This document shows positions 58,660 to 64,000 of a DNA stretch of 64,000 bases, one piece after another (positions within the stretch are counted from its first letter, which is position 1; each line of letters starts with the position of its first letter). The position numbers and the translations under genes were made by a program. Origin of the DNA: Escherichia phage Ecwhy_1. The notes beneath the pieces were generated by a model that was given only the letters and a program-made list of their open reading frames with translations, ran no database searches and was not told the DNA's origin. Location: sequence record MH791411.1; one strand, 5' to 3'.

Positions 58660-59062
58660 TTCTTTTCCCTTTATTTCGTTGAAACATTGTAACAGCCTTT
58701 ATTATACTGTTACACATTCGTTCAGTCAAATACTTTTGACAATCTAGTACATCAATGTACATGAACTTATCCAATTCTGGGTGACTTCTACCATATCTGT
58801 TTGTGTAAGTACTTTTACACTCCAACTCTTCTGGTATAGGCTTATCTTTGGCTGTATAGAAAAATAAAACTAAACGTTTCCCCTTTCTATACGATACATC
58901 ACCAAGAAACAGAAGATCATCTTCATCGATTTCATATCCTGTCTCTTCGTAGCATTCACGTACAGCAGCCTCTTTAAATGTTTCTGTACCTTCAGTTTTA
59001 CCTTTAGGTAAGTCCCAGTGATTCTGTCCGTGTTGTATGCCCGATAAGTATCTGACCATCAC
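58649..59062 (-). CDS. Nudix hydrolase (second copy)
   Basis: Nudix box LPKGKTEGTETFKEAAVRECYEETGYEI (GX5EX7REUXEEXGU). Confidence 0.75.
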   Translation of the reverse strand: MMVRYLSGIQHGQNHWDLPKGKTEGTETFKEAAVRECYEETGYEIDEDDLLFLGDVSYRKGKRLVLFFYTAKDKPIPEELECKSTYTNRYGRSHPELDKFMYIDVLDCQKYLTERMCNSIIKAVTMFQRNKGKRNES

Positions 59063-59168
59063 GATAAAATATTATACCACAGCTATAACGCATAATCTTA
59101 TCTCTTTATCATCAAGTGATGTTCAGATACTAGTAATTATATCAGAAGATGTTAACTTGTCCCAGCTT

Positions 59169-60284
59169 TTAGAACATTTGCTTGATTGCTTCAATACGCA
59201 ATTCAGCAACAAAATCACGAATCTCCGATGTTTGGAGTTCACCATCTTTCACTAACTGCTGAATATCAGGTAATTCAACATCAGTATAACGATCATAAAC
59301 TTTAATAATCAAATCTTCAAGTTCAGAATCAATTTCTTTGTTCAAAATGAAGTTTTCCAGTACTTTGTAAAGGAAATCTTCACCACCATTGTTTTTGATA
59401 TTCATATCCAGTAAGATTTGTCCCATTTCAACTGGGGTCTTCTTACGGAAGGTTTTAATATCTTCACGGAAACGCTTGATGTAATTACTAAACTTAACGT
59501 ACTTAACTGGAACCTTAATGGAACCGTTAAGTACTGAATCATTATTTACTTCTTCATTTTCAAGAAGTACTGTCCATAAGAAATATGGTTTATATTCTTC
59601 TGTACAATTTGCAGCGATAGAATCAATTAATTCCAGACGTTTCTTGGTAACTGGAACTGTAGTAAATGCCTTTTCGTAATAACCAAATTGTACCAGAGTT
59701 TTGATAAACTTGGAAGGGTTTTCTTCAGAAAGTGCTTTTTCGAATTCAACAAAAACACGATCTGGAACTAGATGGTCTAGTTCACCAGTACTAACCATAT
59801 CTTTACACATTGTCATAGTATCATCATGGATTGTAAAGTCGGAGTAACGCGTAGCGAAACGGGCCAAACGTAGAACACGCAATGGATCTTCTTTAAAGTG
59901 TTCTGATACATGACGAAGTACTTTGTTCTTGATATCAGCTTTCCCGCCATAAGGGTCGATGTGAATCTGGAGTACTGGATCATATGCAATACTATTGATT
60001 GTGAGATCACGACGATATAGATCTTGTTCTAGTGTCACACCTTTTGTATTCACTTCGAAGCCACCATATCCAGTACCAGTTTTACGCTCAGTACGGGCTA
60101 ATGCGTGTTCATTACCTTCTGGACTTAGATATACAGGGAAATCCTTACCTACTTGCTTGTATCCAATACTTTGCAAGTATTTAATATCGGATTCGGTAGC
60201 ACCGACAATAACATAATCTTTGTCTTTTGCACGGATACCCATTAAACGGTCACGAACGTAGCCACCAACCAAATACTTTTTCAT
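59169..60284 (-). CDS. cca: CCA-adding tRNA nucleotidyltransferase (class II, head/neck/body only)
   Basis: MKKYLVGGYVRDRLMGIRAKDKDYV, GYKQVGKDFPVYLSPEGNEHALARTERKTGTGYGGF, RRDLTINSIAYD and EDPLRVLRLARFATRY are collinear with the E. coli CCA N-terminal half. No HD domain. Confidence 0.85.
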   Translation of the reverse strand: MKKYLVGGYVRDRLMGIRAKDKDYVIVGATESDIKYLQSIGYKQVGKDFPVYLSPEGNEHALARTERKTGTGYGGFEVNTKGVTLEQDLYRRDLTINSIAYDPVLQIHIDPYGGKADIKNKVLRHVSEHFKEDPLRVLRLARFATRYSDFTIHDDTMTMCKDMVSTGELDHLVPDRVFVEFEKALSEENPSKFIKTLVQFGYYEKAFTTVPVTKKRLELIDSIAANCTEEYKPYFLWTVLLENEEVNNDSVLNGSIKVPVKYVKFSNYIKRFREDIKTFRKKTPVEMGQILLDMNIKNNGGEDFLYKVLENFILNKEIDSELEDLIIKVYDRYTDVELPDIQQLVKDGELQTSEIRDFVAELRIEAIKQMF

Positions 60285-60285
60285 A

Positions 60286-60408
60286 TCATTCCCCCATCAA
60301 CCAATCACGTAGACGTTCCCAGAAGCCTTTTGGCTGATATTCTGGATATTCATATTCATCTGTTCCTTGCTCGGAAACACCCCAATCTTCTTCTAATACT
60401 GTAATCAC
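60286..60408 (-). CDS. Acidic micro-ORF A (40 aa), translationally coupled to cca
   Basis: Not in the ORF track (below its length cutoff). GGAGG-cattGTG start. Translation VITVLEEDWGVSEQGTDEYEYPEYQPKGFWERLRDWLMGE. Stop TGA lies 1 nt before the cca ATG. A paralog sits at 61418-61543. Confidence 0.4.
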   Translation of the reverse strand: MITVLEEDWGVSEQGTDEYEYPEYQPKGFWERLRDWLMGE

Positions 60409-60419
60409 AATGCCTCCAA

Positions 60420-60857
60420 TTAAATTAATCTATCACGTAGACGGTCGTAATATTTTGCATGTATATCTAGTATACACTGAAATGATGGATAGTCAATACT
60501 AAATGTATCATCAATGAACATGTACTGAAGAAGTGTTTCTGGTCCATTATCAACAACTGGTAATGTCCCTTCTTTTTTTGATAGGGTGTGCCACATCAAC
60601 TCACTTTCAATATGGTGAGTTGCGTATGTCAATTCAATCTTACTTTTTCGTAGTAAAATTAACAATTCATCATTGTCATCGAGTGCATTACGAAATTTAA
60701 TACGAACTGTACCCTGGAAATTATTAGTGTACATAACACGATGATGATTGTATGAAATTAAACCACGTCTTTCAGTACTGATTTCATGTTCAGCAAAGTA
60801 CTTTAACGTTTCATTAAATTTTGGAATTTTACTTGCGTCCACCAATGTAATCCTCAT
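60420..60857 (-). CDS. Hypothetical protein (about 145 aa), paralog of the adjacent 137-aa protein
   Basis: Shares the motif LLQYMFIDDTFSIDY with YLQYQFIDDTFGFDF in the adjacent 137-aa gene. Confidence 0.5.
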   Translation of the reverse strand: MRITLVDASKIPKFNETLKYFAEHEISTERRGLISYNHHRVMYTNNFQGTVRIKFRNALDDNDELLILLRKSKIELTYATHHIESELMWHTLSKKEGTLPVVDNGPETLLQYMFIDDTFSIDYPSFQCILDIHAKYYDRLRDRLI

Positions 60858-61242
60858 ATACATGATATACGTTCATTATACTATTATATAGTTCAAAGTC
60901 AAATCCAAATGTGTCATCAATGAACTGGTATTGCAGATATTCTTCATATGAAGCATCAATTGGTAATGATCCAGCACGAATATCATCTGATTTAAAATCG
61001 TCAATGTATCTTAATGTTATGTCTTCATCAACAGTAATATCTATCATCAACGTATCGTCACTGTACCAAAGGTTATGTATACGGATGTAAAGTTTCTTAG
61101 CACGATTAAAACTAGATACATTGGTATTGCGATGGAGTTTATCTAAGTTGAAGTAAAAACCAGGCTCGTTTTTACTTATGTTTTTCATATGTTCTGCAAT
61201 CGAATCAATTATATAATCAATGTTGAATGTTCTCATAAACAA
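60829..61242 (-). CDS. Hypothetical protein (137 aa), paralog of the adjacent 145-aa protein
   Basis: Tandem duplicate. Its 3' end overlaps the start of the next gene by about 29 nt. Confidence 0.5.
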   Translation of the reverse strand: MFMRTFNIDYIIDSIAEHMKNISKNEPGFYFNLDKLHRNTNVSSFNRAKKLYIRIHNLWYSDDTLMIDITVDEDITLRYIDDFKSDDIRAGSLPIDASYEEYLQYQFIDDTFGFDFELYNSIMNVYHVYEDYIGGRK

Positions 61243-61418
61243 ATCTCATAGCGGTTTGTGTTTGGATTGTAGCAATAGGTATCATTAATTTTAACACCAG
61301 GTTTAAGTGTTATTGTTGTTCCTACTTCAGTACTGGGTTCTGCATCACAATAAATCATCACACCAACGCCACAGATTAAAGCTAAGATACAAATAATAGC
61401 ACATATTGTATATTCCAT
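61233..61418 (-). CDS. Small single-pass membrane protein (61 aa)
   Basis: MEYTICAIICILALICGVGVMIYCDAEP…: one hydrophobic helix followed by a Cys-containing soluble tail. SD gatGGGGGAGtgATG. The ORF-track start is a TTG 6 codons upstream. Confidence 0.45.
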   Translation of the reverse strand: MEYTICAIICILALICGVGVMIYCDAEPSTEVGTTITLKPGVKINDTYCYNPNTNRYEICL

Positions 61419-61543
61419 CACTCCCCCATCAGCCAATCAAAGAGACGTTCCAAGAAGCCATTAGGCTTGTATTCTGGTTCTTTGTTCACGTCGGTTTCTT
61501 GTTCATAAACACCCAAATCTTCTTCAAGTATAATTGTATTCAT
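61418..61543 (-). CDS. Acidic micro-ORF B (41 aa), paralog of micro-ORF A
   Basis: Not in the ORF track (below its length cutoff). MNTIILEEDLGVYEQETDVNKEPEYKPNGFLERLFDWLMGE. Its ATG overlaps the upstream TAA by 1 nt and its TGA overlaps the downstream ATG by 1 nt. Confidence 0.4.
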   Translation of the reverse strand: MNTIILEEDLGVYEQETDVNKEPEYKPNGFLERLFDWLMGE

Positions 61544-61926
61544 TATATATTATACTCTATTATACCATCATCACTTTCACCAGACAACCACTTAATGTAA
61601 TTTACTTTGTAGAAATTAATCAATGCATAAGTGCTGTACTCAATCAACAAGTGATCTCTCAAGAATTCGTCTTGAGCATATCCATCTTCATCCAAATCTG
61701 TTGGAATATCAGTTTCTTTGTCTTGAATGTGTAAAGTTATTGTGTCTTTTGTTATACAAATTGTTATATGATTACAAATAGTAATGATGATTATGCTATA
61801 TGTTCTATTGAAATATATTGTGAAATCTTCATTAATATTATATCTTCGACTTTCTTCATATTTCTGATATGGGTCGAAATGTGATAAATTAACTTTAATT
61901 AATGTATTTCTCAACTTACACCTCAA
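61544..61926 (-). CDS. Hypothetical protein (127 aa)
   Basis: ORF translationally coupled to micro-ORF B. Confidence 0.45.
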
Positions 61927-62307
61927 TCATATAAAGTAATTATACATTTTATTGTACAATATAAAAAGGTCTTTAACATTATCATAAGTAATATCAGATA
62001 CATCATGAATTAATGATAACTGGAAAAATGATGCTTCGTCTATCTCTACTGGGATTATAACATCATAGTCTTCGTCAATTTTATGGGTGTAGTATTTTAT
62101 GTGATCAGCATTCAACACAAGGTTGTATTTTGTATCATCTTCAATTAATCCGACAAATTGAGATTTTTGATTAATAAAAAATCCAATCCCAACACAACGG
62201 TTATCTGGATATGGATAGTACCATCTATTAATAACTAGGTGTTCAGGTAAGTCCATATCATGTGTTGATATTAAAGATTTTACAATTCCCATCCAGGAAT
62301 AATTCAT
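61927..62307 (-). CDS. Hypothetical protein (126 aa)
   Basis: ORF abutting the next gene with no gap. Confidence 0.45.
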   Translation of the reverse strand: MNYSWMGIVKSLISTHDMDLPEHLVINRWYYPYPDNRCVGIGFFINQKSQFVGLIEDDTKYNLVLNADHIKYYTHKIDEDYDVIIPVEIDEASFFQLSLIHDVSDITYDNVKDLFILYNKMYNYFI

Positions 62308-62327
62308 AATTAAAACTCCATAAGAAA

Positions 62328-62349
62328 AGGGACAGAATAATCTCTGTCC
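62328..62349 (-). terminator. Rho-independent terminator (minus strand)
   Basis: gggacaga-ataatc-tctgtccc, 8-bp stem with T/A-rich flanks, after the HPF gene. Confidence 0.65.
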
Positions 62350-62361
62350 CTTTATTATATC

Positions 62362-62694
62362 TTACTCTTCGTCTTCAGTCAAGTCTTCTTGAACTGGATG
62401 TTCGGGGTGGTTACGGCGATGCAATTTGATGCTTTTGTCTTTACCTAAGACAGTTTCCATTTTTTCAAATGAATCACCAATTGCTTTGTATAAATCTGCA
62501 TCATCGGCGGTGACAATCTTACCACCTGATGTTAAAGTTACGGAATATTGATTCTTATGCTCTTTCTTCACATGAACACCGATATAAAGTACTGAAGAAT
62601 CACTAAACTTCGTTAGTGCATTTGCTTCTGCATGAATCGCGTCATTGATTGCTGGAGTAATATCAACATTACCTTGGATAACTAAATCTAGCAT
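62362..62694 (-). CDS. hpf: Ribosome hibernation-promoting factor/RaiA family protein
   Basis: MLDLVIQGNVDITPAINDAIHAEANALTKF…VHVKKEHKNQYSVTLTSGGKIVTADDADLYKAIGDSFEKMETVLGKDKSIKLHRRNH is collinear with bacterial HPF (M.LNITG.HVEITPAL…L.V.G..I.A….D.Y.AID….KL.RQL.KHK). Confidence 0.7.
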   Translation of the reverse strand: MLDLVIQGNVDITPAINDAIHAEANALTKFSDSSVLYIGVHVKKEHKNQYSVTLTSGGKIVTADDADLYKAIGDSFEKMETVLGKDKSIKLHRRNHPEHPVQEDLTEDEE

Positions 62695-62719
62695 AATTTA
62701 CCTACCTTTTTTTTTAGTT

Positions 62720-63646
62720 TTAAAGATTACTAACTAACAATTCTGCACGGTTTCCTACTTGACGATACCATAGAGAATTCTTAATTTCTTTTTTGAACTT
62801 GTTATTATTTTGATTATCAACGCTTTTCCATAATTTATTGAAAGTATTTAACTTATCAACTCCTAATGTAAATGCCATCTCAAATAAAATTCGTTGTTGT
62901 TCAGCCGTAAGGTTTGTTGCATTTCTTTTCTTCAATAATAAAACTAAATCATTATTAGTTCGTTCCATGTCAGACAATAAAAGTTTATGTGCTTGTGACT
63001 TCGTAATACCATTACGATACTTACTTGCATCTGATTCTTTCTTTCCAAGATAATGTCCGTACCCAATAGTGAAGTTACCTTTTATATCACGATACGGATA
63101 AAATTTAGAATTTCGATATGGAACTCCAACTTTCCCACCAAGTAAACGTCGTTTGTTCTTGGACTGAAATTCAATAGAACCTTCAGCTTCTTTGATGTGA
63201 TTGACAATTTCTGGATCTTTATAATCAAACAGTACAGTCACATCTGGTAACAATACGTGCTTCAAATCCTCTTTTGTTGGGATAAAGATACCCTGAGAAG
63301 TATGAAGAGTTGCATTTAAGTTGATGTTCTTCAACAAAATGACATAATCTTCAATCTGTACATTTTTAGGTTTAAATTTCTGTGCAATAGAATAATAACT
63401 ATCACCAGGTTGAACCGTATAATGTTTCTCGCTGCTTGGAACTGCTTTTGGTACTGACACCTGTGGTAGTTCCTGCTTTTGAATTTGCGTAACTTGTGGT
63501 TTTAAATTATGCACCTGACTTTCGTCTAATGATGATGCACGATCACTTTGAGAAAAACCATAAAATCCAATCGCAGCGAATAGGGCTGATGAAACTAATA
63601 CGCCTACGGCAATTTTAGTTTTCAGTTCTTTTTTCGCTTTTTTCAA
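62720..63646 (-). CDS. Peptidoglycan hydrolase: signal-anchor (SAR-like) + LysM + GH24 lysozyme
   Basis: Probable TTG start 4 nt after AAAGGAGG. The N-terminus then reads MKKAKKELKTKIAVGVLVSSALFAAIGFYGF, a basic n-region followed by a Gly/Ala/Ser-rich helix. LysM (YTVQPGDSYYSIAQKF). T4-lysozyme-like core (GNFTIGYGHYLG…ITKSQAHKLLLSDMERTNNDL…ILFEMAFTLG…SLWYRQVGNRAE). Confidence 0.75.
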   Translation of the reverse strand: MKKAKKELKTKIAVGVLVSSALFAAIGFYGFSQSDRASSLDESQVHNLKPQVTQIQKQELPQVSVPKAVPSSEKHYTVQPGDSYYSIAQKFKPKNVQIEDYVILLKNINLNATLHTSQGIFIPTKEDLKHVLLPDVTVLFDYKDPEIVNHIKEAEGSIEFQSKNKRRLLGGKVGVPYRNSKFYPYRDIKGNFTIGYGHYLGKKESDASKYRNGITKSQAHKLLLSDMERTNNDLVLLLKKRNATNLTAEQQRILFEMAFTLGVDKLNTFNKLWKSVDNQNNNKFKKEIKNSLWYRQVGNRAELLVSNL

Positions 63647-63762
63647 AACGCCTCCTTTGTTGGTTGTTAACAATGAGCAATCACAAAGAGGGCAAAGAGG
63701 CCATTTGCAAAAGCCTCATTGGACTTTCTACAGTACTCAGTTGTTCTTTGGAACATTTAAGT

Positions 63763-63790
63763 AGTATAGCATACTTTTTAGTTATATCAA
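63763..63790 (-). promoter_or_regulatory. Candidate sigma70 promoter TTGATA-N16-TATACT for the lysin gene
   Basis: Minus strand reads TTGATAtaactaaaaagtatgcTATACT, about 115 nt upstream of the lysin start. Confidence 0.35.
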
Positions 63791-63813
63791 GACCTATTTA
63801 CCAAATAACCACA

Positions 63814-64000
63814 TTAATCGTAGTATGTTCTACCAATGGTGATGTGATATTTGAAATATTTAGATGCCAAACCCAGTTCATTACGAATATGTGCAATGAA
63901 ATCATCTTCAAACTCTATGATAAAGAATGACCCAGGTTTCTTATTGTCTTTTACTTCTTCGATGAAAGGATCGAACTTAATCTTAACTTTCATACCATCG
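63814..64000 (-). CDS. Hypothetical protein, 5'-truncated by the window edge
   Basis: Open minus-strand frame from the window end to the TAA at 63814 (…FIIEFEDDFIAHIRNELGLASKYFKYHITIGRTYYD*). Only about 62 C-terminal residues are visible. Confidence 0.4.
   Translation of the reverse strand, partial: DGMKVKIKFDPFIEEVKDNKKPGSFFIIEFEDDFIAHIRNELGLASKYFKYHITIGRTYYD

Noticed and set aside
63664-63930. An 88-aa + strand ORF at the window end.
   Set aside because: It overlaps the lysin promoter/5'UTR and a better-supported minus-strand partial ORF. No RBS. Low-complexity translation.

Overview
This window reads as a contiguous stretch of a large virulent tailed phage (myovirus-type) genome of roughly 38% GC. 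There is no rRNA, tRNA, CRISPR array or transposon that I can support; coding density is very high, many genes are translationally coupled, and intrinsic terminators are plentiful.

Layout, start to end:
- 1-11.5 kb (+): a 5'-truncated structural ORF, then one giant ORF of about 3,320 codons.
- 11.5-13.9 kb (-): a ClpA-type double-AAA+ unfoldase under a textbook TTGACA-N16-TGnTATAAT promoter.
- 13.9-37.6 kb: receptor-binding and tail-fibre module. Two fibre-like proteins carrying a shared GDYYY-type motif; a Nudix hydrolase; three minus-strand structural ORFs; a collagen-like fibre; a pectate-lyase-type tailspike and a second receptor-binding protein sharing the first 11 residues with it; two paralogous giant Thr/Gly/Val-repeat fibres (1,644 and 1,899 aa); a putative fibre-assembly protein; a 654-aa fibre.
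- 37.6-43.3 kb (-): thyA with a T4-td-like insertion, preceded by a DprA/SLOG-like Rossmann protein and two unknowns; a MoxR-type AAA+ ATPase plus an HExxH/VWA partner driven by three stacked sigma70-consensus promoters.
- 43.3-54.5 kb (-): acidic and coiled-coil virion-assembly-like proteins, a PD-(D/E)xK-fold protein, a tail-tube-initiator-like 364-aa protein, two paralogous tube-like proteins, and an 887-aa contractile sheath.
- 54.5-64 kb (-): auxiliary genes. T4 gene-1-like dNMP kinase, Macro domain, NrdC-like glutaredoxin, second Nudix, minimal CCA-adding enzyme, ribosome hibernation factor (HPF), duplicated 40-41-aa acidic micro-ORFs, and a TTG-initiated signal-anchored LysM-GH24 lysin.

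Most worth following up:
- the heavily promoted MoxR-VWA/metallopeptidase pair;
- the phage ClpA with a conserved ClpP-docking IGM loop but no clpP or clpS nearby;
- the DprA-like/thyA operon;
- the duplicated translationally coupled micro-proteins;
- the translation-oriented auxiliary set (HPF, CCA enzyme, possible Pth2-like protein, Nudix, Macro);
- the mosaic, apparently gene-converting twin giant fibres.
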